Assembly (NCBI GenBank): GCA_011390475.1
Contig: JAABSG010000001.1
Span: forward strand, 1-48,425
Direction of reading: 5' to 3'
Source of the DNA: Geminicoccaceae bacterium
GTDB taxonomy: Bacteria > Pseudomonadota > Alphaproteobacteria > Geminicoccales > Geminicoccaceae
DNA: 48,425 nucleotides
Shown: positions 1-11,689 of the stretch, piece after piece
How positions within the stretch are numbered: the stretch's first letter is position 1
How the letters are laid out: every line of letters starts with the position of its first letter
The notes under the pieces: model-generated
Seen by the model: only the letters and a program-made list of their open reading frames with translations
What the model was told of the DNA's origin: nothing
The model's database searches: none
Translations under genes and position numbers: made by a program

Positions 1-66
1 CATCGGTTCAGCCTTCCCGGATCAAACGTTCATTCTTGCAGATCTGCGCTCAGACGATCGCCCGAA

Positions 67-1107
67 TCAGACGGTAGCAACGTCGGCCTCGAGCAGGATG
101 TCGGTCCAGAGCTCGGAGGGATCGGGCTCCGGGCTGTCCTGGGCGAAACGAGCGGCCTCGTTGACGATGTCGCGAACTTCCTTGTCCATCGACTTCAGGG
201 CGTCGGCGTCGCTGAGCTTGGCCTCGAGGATCTTGGCCCGGAGGTTTTCGATCGGGTCGCGCTGCTCGCGGTATTCCTGCAGCTCTTCCTTTTTCCGGTA
301 CTTGGCCGGGTCCGACATCGAGTGGCCGCGATAGCGGTAGGTCATGGCCTCGAGGATGAAGGGACCGTTGCCGTCGCGGACGTATTGGACGACTTCCTTG
401 GCCTTTTCGTGGACGGCGGTGACGTCCATGCCGTCGACCTGCTCGCCGGGGATGCCGTAGGCAGCACCGCGCTCGCAGAGGTTCGGGCCCGCCGACGCGC
501 GCGCCTGCGAGGTGCCCATGCCGTAGCGGTTGTTCTCGATGACGTAGATGACCGGCAGCTTCCACAAGGCCGCCATGTTGAAGCTCTCGTAGACCTGGCC
601 TTGGTTGACCGCGCCATCGCCCATGTAGGCCGTGCAGAGGCCGCCGTCCTCGCGGTATTTGTGGGCGAAGGCGATGCCGGTGCCGAGCGGCACCTGGGCA
701 CCCACGATGCCGTGTCCGCCATAGAACCGTTTGTCCTTGGCGAACATGTGCATCGAGCCGCCCTTGCCCTTGGAGTAGCCGGTGATCCGGCCGGTGAGCT
801 CGGCCATGACCTTGCGCGGCTCCATGCCGGTGACCAGCATGTGGCCATGGTCACGATAGGCGGTGATCACCGAATCCTTGTCACCGAGCGCGTGCTGGAT
901 GCCGACGGCGACCGCTTCCTGGCCGATATAGAGGTGACAGAAGCCGCCGATCAGGCCCATGCCATAGAGCTGGCCGGCCTTTTCCTCGAAGCGGCGGATC
1001 ATCAGCATCTCGCGGAAGAAGTCGAGCCACTGATCGTTGGCCGCGGCCGACGCCTTCTTGGCAGTCCGGCGGGCCGGCGCTTTGCTACCGGTTTTGGTCG
1101 CGTTCAT
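67..1107 (-). CDS. pdhA: pyruvate dehydrogenase E1 component, alpha subunit
   Basis: 346-aa ORF. K/A-rich N-terminal tail, then LDFFREMLMIRRFEEKAGQLYGMGLIGGFCHLYIGQEAV and the TPP-binding region YMGDGAVNQGQVYES, typical of alphaproteobacterial PdhA. A reverse-strand ATG at 3..1 preceded by GGAAGG suggests pdhB begins at the window edge. Confidence 0.95.
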   Translation of the reverse strand: MNATKTGSKAPARRTAKKASAAANDQWLDFFREMLMIRRFEEKAGQLYGMGLIGGFCHLYIGQEAVAVGIQHALGDKDSVITAYRDHGHMLVTGMEPRKVMAELTGRITGYSKGKGGSMHMFAKDKRFYGGHGIVGAQVPLGTGIAFAHKYREDGGLCTAYMGDGAVNQGQVYESFNMAALWKLPVIYVIENNRYGMGTSQARASAGPNLCERGAAYGIPGEQVDGMDVTAVHEKAKEVVQYVRDGNGPFILEAMTYRYRGHSMSDPAKYRKKEELQEYREQRDPIENLRAKILEAKLSDADALKSMDKEVRDIVNEAARFAQDSPEPDPSELWTDILLEADVATV

Positions 1108-1247
1108 GAGTCGGCGGCCCTCCCCTCGAGGTTTCTGGTCTCGCGTATTGGCCTGACTATAGCCGAGAAAATCCGCAGTGCCAGCCGGTCGCGGCGCATG
1201 AGGGTCATGCGCGAGCGCGGTGACGCCCTACGATCTCGGTGGCGCGG

Positions 1248-1592
1248 CTAATCGGTGGCCCCGCTCGATGGTCGGGGATCGAGAATGACGACCTCGTTCT
1301 CGTAAACGAAGCCGAGCTCGTAGAGTGTTTCCTCGAGCAGATCGATCGCGATGCCGCCGTCCCCCAGCGCCTCGACCCGCTCCTCGAGCCATTGCCGCTC
1401 GCTGCGGATCTCTTTCAGCTCCAAGCGCTTGATCTCGAGCTCGTGGTTGCGGTCGACCCAGGCGAAGAGACCGCGGCTGCCGTGGACGGAATGATAGCCG
1501 AAGTAGGCCAGGGTGAGCACCAGAATGACGCCGAGCCAGTGCCGGCCGGCCTCGCGTTTGAGGCGGTAGAGCCGATAGCCGAGCGCATCCAA
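1248..1592 (-). CDS. ftsB: septum formation initiator family protein (FtsB/DivIC-like)
   Basis: One TM segment (WLGVILVLTLAYFGYHSV) followed by a coiled coil (ELEIKRLELKEIRSERQWLEERVEAL). Conserved eno-ftsB-pdhA synteny. Start uncertain: TTG at 1592, or TTG at 1616 forming a TTGA overlap with the eno stop. The 162-aa track ORF overlaps eno and is too long. Confidence 0.8.
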   Translation of the reverse strand: MDALGYRLYRLKREAGRHWLGVILVLTLAYFGYHSVHGSRGLFAWVDRNHELEIKRLELKEIRSERQWLEERVEALGDGGIAIDLLEETLYELGFVYENEVVILDPRPSSGATD

Positions 1593-1612
1593 TGAAGCGG
1601 TCCCGCTGTGGA

Positions 1613-2908
<1,296 letters not shown>

Positions 2909-3748
2909 TTAGTGACCGGCCAATGGCCGCGTCTTGGCGAGGTGGTCGAAGGCCATCAGGTCTTCGAGCAATCGGCCGAGCTTGTCGAGCGGAACCATGT
3001 TGGGGCCATCGCTCATCGCATTGTCGGGGTCGTCGTGAGTCTCGATGAAAACGGCGGCGACGCCGATCGAGACGGCGGCGCGCGCCAGGACCGGGACGTA
3101 TTCGCGCTGGCCACCGCTCTTGCCGCCGAGGCCGCCCGGCTGCTGGACCGAGTGGGTGGCATCGAAGACCACGGGCCAGCCGGTGGCGGCCAGTTGCGGC
3201 AGCGCCCGCATGTCGGAAACCAGCGTGTTGTAGCCGAAGGAGGCGCCGCGCTCGGTCACCAGCACCCGCTTCGCGCCGAATTCCTCGAGCTTCGCGGTCA
3301 CGTTGGCCATGTCCCAGGGTGCCAGGAACTGGCCCTTCTTGACGTTGACCACGGCCCCGGTCGCGGCCGCCGCCCGCAGGAGATCGGTCTGGCGGCAGAG
3401 AAAGGCCGGGATCTGCAGGATGTCGACGACCTCGGCCACCGGGCCGCACTGGCCGCTTTCGTGGATGTCGGTGAGGACGGGGCAGCCGAAGCGCTCCTTG
3501 ACCTCGCCGAGAATGGCCACGCCTTCGCTGAGGCCGACGCCCCGGGCACTGCCGGCGCTGGTGCGGTTGGCCTTGTCGAACGAGCTCTTGAAGACGAAGG
3601 GCAGACCGAGCCCGCTGGTCAGCGCCACGAGGCGCTCGGCCATCATCAAGGCGTGCTCGCGACTTTCGATGGCACAAGGTCCGGCGATCAGCACCATCGG
3701 GCGGTCCTGCGCGAAGACGACCGGGCCGACCTCGACTTGGTGGGGCAT
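2909..3748 (-). CDS. kdsA: 3-deoxy-8-phosphooctulonate synthase
   Basis: 279 aa. [22 protein letters not shown] and [13 protein letters not shown] are typical of KdsA. Confidence 0.93.
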   Translation of the reverse strand: MPHQVEVGPVVFAQDRPMVLIAGPCAIESREHALMMAERLVALTSGLGLPFVFKSSFDKANRTSAGSARGVGLSEGVAILGEVKERFGCPVLTDIHESGQCGPVAEVVDILQIPAFLCRQTDLLRAAAATGAVVNVKKGQFLAPWDMANVTAKLEEFGAKRVLVTERGASFGYNTLVSDMRALPQLAATGWPVVFDATHSVQQPGGLGGKSGGQREYVPVLARAAVSIGVAAVFIETHDDPDNAMSDGPNMVPLDKLGRLLEDLMAFDHLAKTRPLAGH

Positions 3749-3760
3749 GCGCTCTTGTCC

Positions 3761-5392
<1,632 letters not shown>

Positions 5393-5501
5393 GAAAGTCT
5401 ATCCATGCTCACGAGCGGAAGGGCAAGTCCGAAAGCTGGCCGTGCGGCAGCGGACTCGCCGATCGTGACCGACGTGCCCGGAACTCTTTACCCTGCCGAC
5501 A

Positions 5502-5849
5502 TCAGTCGGCGAGCGGTGCGGATGGTGCCGCGGGCTCGGCTGGTGCGGCGGGTGCGGCCGGCGCTTGCAGCGGGACGGTGTCGAACGGATTAGGCCCATC
5601 GAGGATCGAGGTCGGACCGCGGCTGCCGCTCGCCAGGATCGCCAGGAGCAGGCTCATCACCATGAAGGCGGCGGCCAGGATCGCGGTCGTCCGGGTCAAC
5701 AGGTTGGCGGTGCCGCGGCCGCTCATCATGCCGCCCATGGTGGTGCCGCCGAGGCCGCCCAGGGCGCCGCCCTCGCTGCGCTGCAGGAGCACGACGCCGA
5801 CCAGGGCTAGGGCGATGAGGAGATGAACGACGAGGAGGATGGTTGTCAT
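5502..5849 (-). CDS. secG: preprotein translocase subunit SecG
   Basis: ATG at 5849 gives 115 aa: MTTILLVVHLLIALALVGVVLLQRSEGGALGG..., a second TM segment, and a Pro/Ala-rich tail. Conserved secG-pyrG synteny. The upstream part of the 222-aa track ORF overlaps tpiA and is not credible. Confidence 0.9.
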   Translation of the reverse strand: MTTILLVVHLLIALALVGVVLLQRSEGGALGGLGGTTMGGMMSGRGTANLLTRTTAILAAAFMVMSLLLAILASGSRGPTSILDGPNPFDTVPLQAPAAPAAPAEPAAPSAPLAD

Positions 5850-5880
5850 GGGTCCTATCTCAGGTGGCGAGAGGGGGGAT

Positions 5881-6633
5881 TCAAGCCCCGCCGCCGGCCG
5901 TGTAGATGCTCCAGAAGCTGTCGGCATCGAGGCTCGCCCCGCCGACCAGGGCACCGTCGACATCGGCCATCGCCATGATGTCGGCGGCGTTCTCGGCCTT
6001 GACCGAGCCGCCGTAGAGCAGCGCCACATCGGCGCCGCCGGCGACCCGCTCGACCAGCAGCGCCCGCAGCAGGGTGTGGGTCTCCTTGATCTCCTCCTGG
6101 CTCGGCGTCCGACCGGTGCCGATCGCCCAGACGGGTTCGTAGGCCACCACCAGGTTCTCGGCGGTCCCACCGTCAGGCAGGCTGCCGTCGAGCTGGCGGG
6201 TCAGGACGGCATCGCGCTCGCCGGCCAGGTACTCGCCCTCGGTCTCGCCGATGCAGAGCACGACCAACAGGCCCTGCGCGAGGGCCGCCTCGGCCTTGGC
6301 CTTGACCAGCGCGTCGTCCTCGCCCAACCCGTGCCGCCGCTCGGAATGGCCGACGATCACCGCCTTTGCTCCGACATCGGCCAGCATCGCGGCACTGATC
6401 GAGCCCGTAAAGGCGCCGCTCTCGGCCTCGTGACAATCCTGGCCACCGACCAGGATCCGGCTCGCACTCAACCGCTGCGCCACTGGGCCCACCAGGGTTG
6501 CCGGCGGGAACACGCCGAGCGTGCCGCTGGGATGCGCGGCGCGCGCGGCCAGTCGGCCGACCAGCGCCAGGGCATCGGCCTTCAGGCCGTTCATCTTCCA
6601 ATTGCCGAGCACCACCGGCCGTGCCAGGGGCAT
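5881..6633 (-). CDS. tpiA: triose-phosphate isomerase
   Basis: 250 aa. VLGNWKMNG, AFTGSISAAMLADVGAKAVIVGHSERR, VAYEPVWAIGTG and LYGGSV are TIM motifs. Confidence 0.96.
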   Translation of the reverse strand: MPLARPVVLGNWKMNGLKADALALVGRLAARAAHPSGTLGVFPPATLVGPVAQRLSASRILVGGQDCHEAESGAFTGSISAAMLADVGAKAVIVGHSERRHGLGEDDALVKAKAEAALAQGLLVVLCIGETEGEYLAGERDAVLTRQLDGSLPDGGTAENLVVAYEPVWAIGTGRTPSQEEIKETHTLLRALLVERVAGGADVALLYGGSVKAENAADIMAMADVDGALVGGASLDADSFWSIYTAGGGA

Positions 6634-6851
6634 CGCATACCTCGTCAGGATGTCATGGATGTCTCGATCTCGTCGGCGCGGCCCTTAACACATCCGTTTC
6701 ACGCTGTCCAAGGTGACGGCAGGACGCGGCTGCCGGGCGTTGGCGATTGCGGTTCGCTGCCGGAGTCCATAGGTATAGGCGAGGTGTGTGCCTGCCACGC
6801 CCCGGGTCGATTTCGCGACCCGTCCCTCCGTTTCCCGATAAAGGGCCCGAC

Positions 6852-8741
6852 ATGCTCGATGCCATGCGCAAGCGCGCCAGTAGCTGGTTCGTCCGTGCGC
6901 TTTTGTTGGTCCTGATCGCGAGCTTTGCCGTCTGGGGCATCGGCGATCTCTTCCTCGGCCGGCAAGACACCCAGATCGCTGCCACGGTGGGCGATATCGA
7001 GGTGCCGCTCAGGGAGGTCGACCGGGCGTTCGAGAACGATCGACAGGCGCTGCAGGAGCAGTTCGGCACGACCATCACCCGCGAGCAGGCGGCATCGATG
7101 GGCCTTTTGAACCGGGCGCTGCAGAACGTCGTGGCGCGCGCCATGGTCGACCAGCATCGCCGCGACCTGGGGCTCGGGGTGTCGGATGCCGAGGTCGCGG
7201 CCGCCATTCGCCAGGACCCGTTCTTCCAGTCGGCGGGCTCGTTCGACCGGTTTCGCTTCGAAGGGTTCCTTCGCTCGGCCGGCCTGAGCGAGGCCCAGTT
7301 CGTCGAGTCGATGCGCCGCGACATCGGCCGCAATCGCGTCCTCGATACCTTCTCGGGTCTGGTCGAGGCCCCGGCTCCCTTGACCGAGCGGCTGGGCGCC
7401 TATCGCGGCGAGCGCCGGGCGGCCACCCTGCTGGTCGTGCCGCGTGCCGAAATGCCGGTGGGCGAGCCCGACGAGGCCGCCCTTCGGGCTTTGCTGGAGG
7501 AGGAGGCCCAGCGCTTCACGGCACCGGAGTTTCGCGATGTGAGCCTGGTGACGCTCACGACCGACGACATTCTGGACGAGATCGAGATCGACGAGACGCG
7601 GCTGCGGAGCGAGTACGATGCCAGGCGCGACTTTTACACCCGAGACGAGCGGCGCCGGGTCGGCCAACTCCTGGCGAGCGATCGGGCGGTCGTCGAGGCG
7701 GCGCGCGCAGCCCTCGACGAGGGGGCGGTCTTTGCCGATCTCGCGAGCGAGATGGCCGCTGACGGGCTCGCCTATTCGACCCTGGGGCCGACCACTTCAG
7801 CCGACCTGCCGCCCGAGTTCGCCGAAGTGATCTTCGCTCTCGACGAGGGCGAGGTCAGCCAGCCCGTGGAAAGTCTCTTCGGCTGGCATCTCTTTCGGGT
7901 GATCGCGATCGAGCCCGAGGCCGTGCAGCCCTTCGAAGCTGTCCGGGACGACATTCACCGCGACCTGGCGTTGGATCTGGCGATCGACCAGCTGCCGCAA
8001 TTGGCAGCCGGGCTCGATGACGGCATCGCCGCGGGCGAGAGCCTGGAAGACGCAGCAGCCGCTGTCGGGCTCGAGGTGACGGAGCTCGACGCAGTCGATG
8101 CGCAGGGCCGTGGCCCAAACGGGCAGCTCCTGCGCGACGGGCCGTCGGCCGATATTCTGGCCGCTATTTTCAGTGCGCCGGTAGGCGAGACCTCGCTCCT
8201 CGAGGAAACGCCCGCCGGCCAATTCTACATCTTTCGCGTCAATGACGTGCAGGAACCGGTGCTGCAGCCGCTCGAGGCCGTGCGCGACGAGGTTGCCGAG
8301 CTCTGGCGGGCGCGCGAGCAGGATCGGGCAGCCGCCGCGCGAGCCCTGCGCATCATGGCGGATGCCCGGGCCGGGCGAACGCTCGAGGCGATCGCGGCCG
8401 AACTCGCTGGCGAGGTCCTTCTGCGGACGACCGAGCCCGTGACCCGGCGTGCCAGCGGCGCTGAAGTCGGACTCACGCCCGAAGCCGTGGCGGCCATGTT
8501 CCGGACGCGCGTCGGCGAACTCGCTCGCGAGCCCGTGGCGACCTCGGAGGGCCAGGCGATCTTGCGCACCGATCGGGTGATCGTGCCGGACGCGGCCGAG
8601 ACTGCGGCGATCGCGGAGCAGGTCCAGGCGGCGATGCGCAACGACCTCTTGGTGCAGTACGAAAACGCCTTGCGCAATCGCTACCCGGTCGAGGTCAACA
8701 ACGCCGCGATCGCGACGCTGTTCCCGGCCGACGCCTTCTGA
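6852..8741 (+). CDS. ppiD: periplasmic chaperone / peptidylprolyl isomerase, PpiD-like (SurA N-terminal domain protein)
   Basis: ATG at 6852 gives MLDAMRKRASSWFVRALLLVLIASFAVWGIGDLF, the N-terminal anchor typical of PpiD. About 629 aa. Divergent from tpiA, as in many Alphaproteobacteria. Confidence 0.8.
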   Translation: MLDAMRKRASSWFVRALLLVLIASFAVWGIGDLFLGRQDTQIAATVGDIEVPLREVDRAFENDRQALQEQFGTTITREQAASMGLLNRALQNVVARAMVDQHRRDLGLGVSDAEVAAAIRQDPFFQSAGSFDRFRFEGFLRSAGLSEAQFVESMRRDIGRNRVLDTFSGLVEAPAPLTERLGAYRGERRAATLLVVPRAEMPVGEPDEAALRALLEEEAQRFTAPEFRDVSLVTLTTDDILDEIEIDETRLRSEYDARRDFYTRDERRRVGQLLASDRAVVEAARAALDEGAVFADLASEMAADGLAYSTLGPTTSADLPPEFAEVIFALDEGEVSQPVESLFGWHLFRVIAIEPEAVQPFEAVRDDIHRDLALDLAIDQLPQLAAGLDDGIAAGESLEDAAAAVGLEVTELDAVDAQGRGPNGQLLRDGPSADILAAIFSAPVGETSLLEETPAGQFYIFRVNDVQEPVLQPLEAVRDEVAELWRAREQDRAAAARALRIMADARAGRTLEAIAAELAGEVLLRTTEPVTRRASGAEVGLTPEAVAAMFRTRVGELAREPVATSEGQAILRTDRVIVPDAAETAAIAEQVQAAMRNDLLVQYENALRNRYPVEVNNAAIATLFPADAF

Positions 8742-8786
8742 TTGGGCGTAGCGCCGGCCGAGAGGTTTTCTAGAGCAGGCGGGCGC

Positions 8787-11456
8787 TCAGCGTGGCGCAG
8801 GTCGGGGACGGCCCGGCCATTCGGCGAAGAGCAGATTCTGCAGCCGCTCGAGCCGCGCCTGGGCGGTGGTCAGCTCGGCGTCGAGGTCCTTGATCCGCTC
8901 GAGCGCGACCACGAGCTCGGCATCGCTCATCGTCTCTCGACCGGTCACCGCGGCCGGGGGTGACGAGTTTACCCCGACACTGCTTTCCGGTGCGGTCTCC
9001 GGGCCCTCGAATCCGATTTCGGGGCCGAGCTCGGCGGCGAGCCGTGCGGTGGCCGCGAGTTCTTCCTCGAGCGCGGCGATCCGTTCGTTGGCTGCCCGCA
9101 GGGCCGCGGTCGCCGCCCCTTCGCTACCGTCGCCATTGCCGCCCGAAACCGTGGCCGCGGCCGGGCTGTCGTCGGCCTCGCGCTGCTGATTGACGGCGAC
9201 CAGCGACTCGTTCTGCCGCTCGAGCGCGGCAATCTCGGCTTCCAGCCCCTCGATCGTGCTGCGCAACCCGGCCAGTTCGGTAGCGTGCGCGGCGTTTTGC
9301 GCCTCCAGCGCATCGTTGGTCGCCTTGGTCAGGGTGGCCATGTCTTGGCGCAGCTCGGCGATCTCCGCCTCTGCCGTCGCGCTCGCGGCGAGGGCCGCAT
9401 CGCGCTCGGCGGCAATCGCGGCATCGCCCCGCGCCGCCCGTTCGGCCAGCCGCGTGGCATCGGTCGCGAGTCGGGTTGCCGCGTCCGCGGCAGCCTCGGC
9501 GGCGGCGAGCTCGGCCTCCAGCTCCTTGGTGCGGCTTTCCAGCGCTGTGAGCGCCGCCGCCGTCACTTCGGCACCGAGACCACCGGCGCCCCCCACATCC
9601 TCGGGCGAGCGCTCGGCCATGGCGGCGAGCTCGTCCGCTAGCCTCGCCCGCTCGGCCAGGGCCGTGGTCAGCGCCACCTGGTCGGCGGCACGGGCCGAGG
9701 TGAGCCGGGCGAGCTCCAGCTCCAACTCGACCACCACGTCGTCTGCCGCACTCGCGGCATTGGCGAGGCTGTCGCGTTCGGCCTCGAGGGCATCGCGCTC
9801 GGCCACGAGGCTGTCGCGGTCGGTACGGGCCATGGCGTCGCCGCTGGCGAGCCGGCCTTCGAGCACTTCGAGGCTGGCTTGCGCGCTGGCAGCGGCCGCT
9901 GCCAGCTGATCGCGTTCGCGGGCGAGCTCGGCCTCGCGCGCCGCGAATTGGGCCTGCAGCTCGGCCACGGTCGCCTGGGTGGCGCCCGCGGCCGCAGCGA
10001 GCTCGTCGCGCTCGGCTTGCAGAACGGCGAGGTTCGCTTGCGCTGTCTCGGCCGCCGCGGCCAGGCGGTCCCGCTCCGCGACGAGCTCGGCTTCGCGCGC
10101 GGTGGACTGGGCCTCGAGCTCGGCCAGGGTCGTCTCGATAGCGCTGGCCCGTGCTGCCAGCGCGTCGCGCTCGGCGGCCAGTTCGTCACGCTCGACCATG
10201 AGGCTGTCGCGCTCGGCCGCGAGTTCGCTGCTGGCGCTCTCGGCAGCGGCCACGGCCGCCCTCAGGGTGCCGATCTCGGCGGCCAGGCTGTCCTCGGCGG
10301 CCCGCGCGGTCAGGGCCTCCTCGGCGAGCCGATCACGCTCGGCCTCTAGGGTCTGGGCGCGCTCGACGGCTTGGGCGCGGGCGGTCTCGATGTCGCGCAC
10401 GGCAACGGCCAGGGTGTCGCGCTCGACCAGCAGGATCTCGCGCTCGGCCAGGCTGGCGGCGAGCTCACGATCGATGCCCTGGAGTTGATCCTGCAGCGCG
10501 GCGGCCTCGACGGCGCGGTCGTCGGCCTCGGCGAGGCGGGCGAGGAGGTCGTCGCGGGCCAAGGTCGCCATGGTCTGGACCTCGTCGAGCTCGCTCTCGA
10601 GGCCCTCGAGTTGCTCTTCGAGCGCCGCGTTCTCCGCGGCCAACGTGTCCCGCTCGGCAGCCAGCCGGGCAAACCGCTCGGCGACCTCGGGGTCGTCGGC
10701 GGCGAGCAGGGCCTCGCTACCTTCCGCCGCACGGTCGGTCTCCAGCTCGATGACCCGCGCCAGGGCACGATCGAGTTGGGCTCGCGCACCATCGCGTTCG
10801 CGCTCGACCAGGCGCAGCTCCATGCCGAGCGACGCGAGCTCGCCGGGGCCCACCGTCTCCAGCGTGGCGCGGGGCTGGCCGGTCTCGTCGATCAGCCCGT
10901 CGACATCCCCGGTCATCCCGAGCTCGTCCTCGAGCACGGCGATCCGCGACTGGCCGAGGGCGAGCAGGGACTCTGCCTGCCGCCGGCCCTCCTCGGCGTT
11001 CTCCAGCTCGAGCCGCAGCGCCTCGAGCTCGCGTTCGGCCCGTTCGGCGGCCGCAGCACGCGCGGCCGTCGCATCGGCGAGTTCGGCGCGCAGCGCCGTG
11101 AGCTCGGCCCGCCAGGGCTCGGCATCGCCGGCCGGCTCGCGCGCAACCGTCAGTGCATCACCTGGCCCGACCACCGCCGGGGTTCCGCCCTCGCCAGCCA
11201 CCGGCAGCCCACCGGCCTCCAGCGCGGCCAAGCGTGCGCCCTGTTCCTCGTACAGTCGATAACCGTAGTAACCGGCGGCCAACAGGCCGAGGCTCACCAG
11301 GACGCTCAGGGTGAAGCCCGAGGCCAGAAGAATTTGCTTGCCGCGGCTCAATGAAACGATTCGACCGCCGCCGGGGCCACGTTCGTAGAACTGCCGGTCG
11401 ACGAACAACTCGCTCCAGCGCCGCCGGCCCCGCGGTCGCTCGTCCGCCATGCCCAC
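8787..11456 (-). CDS. large membrane-anchored coiled-coil protein, function unknown
   Basis: 889-aa ORF (GTG at 11456, or ATG at 11450 with GGAGAG upstream). Basic N-terminus, one TM segment (ILLASGFTLSVLVSLGLLAAGYYGY), then about 800 aa of A/E/R/L-rich heptad-like sequence with recurring ERDxL units and near-duplicated modules. No recognisable catalytic domain. Confidence 0.75.
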   Translation of the reverse strand: MGMADERPRGRRRWSELFVDRQFYERGPGGGRIVSLSRGKQILLASGFTLSVLVSLGLLAAGYYGYRLYEEQGARLAALEAGGLPVAGEGGTPAVVGPGDALTVAREPAGDAEPWRAELTALRAELADATAARAAAAERAERELEALRLELENAEEGRRQAESLLALGQSRIAVLEDELGMTGDVDGLIDETGQPRATLETVGPGELASLGMELRLVERERDGARAQLDRALARVIELETDRAAEGSEALLAADDPEVAERFARLAAERDTLAAENAALEEQLEGLESELDEVQTMATLARDDLLARLAEADDRAVEAAALQDQLQGIDRELAASLAEREILLVERDTLAVAVRDIETARAQAVERAQTLEAERDRLAEEALTARAAEDSLAAEIGTLRAAVAAAESASSELAAERDSLMVERDELAAERDALAARASAIETTLAELEAQSTAREAELVAERDRLAAAAETAQANLAVLQAERDELAAAAGATQATVAELQAQFAAREAELARERDQLAAAAASAQASLEVLEGRLASGDAMARTDRDSLVAERDALEAERDSLANAASAADDVVVELELELARLTSARAADQVALTTALAERARLADELAAMAERSPEDVGGAGGLGAEVTAAALTALESRTKELEAELAAAEAAADAATRLATDATRLAERAARGDAAIAAERDAALAASATAEAEIAELRQDMATLTKATNDALEAQNAAHATELAGLRSTIEGLEAEIAALERQNESLVAVNQQREADDSPAAATVSGGNGDGSEGAATAALRAANERIAALEEELAATARLAAELGPEIGFEGPETAPESSVGVNSSPPAAVTGRETMSDAELVVALERIKDLDAELTTAQARLERLQNLLFAEWPGRPRPAPR

Positions 11457-11689
11457 CTACTCTCCGTCATGTTAGCCCAGCTGCAATGGTGGCCAGCCGG
11501 AGGCTGCGAGGAAGCCGGCTGCTGATCGGCGACAACGCGCGAGAACAAGCCGACAACGGCGCCGCACCACGGCAGCCGGAGGAAAGTGCAAGAACGCCGG
11601 GCCGACGTCCAATGGATTCACGAACGAGCGGCCAATTATCAACCCATGATTGAGACGAGGGCCGAAAGTCCTCTTGTCGTGCTGCCGGC

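Noticed and set aside
1-66. pdhB (E1 beta) at the left edge.
   Set aside because: Only the putative ATG (3..1, minus strand, with GGAAGG upstream) lies inside the window, and no coding sequence is available to support a feature.
8787-11456. The coiled-coil protein as an M23/LytM peptidase such as DipM or an EnvC-like activator.
   Set aside because: The N-terminal motif is only reminiscent of those proteins. The C-terminus contains no LytM/M23 domain (no HxxxD or HxH motifs), and it ends in a short helix.
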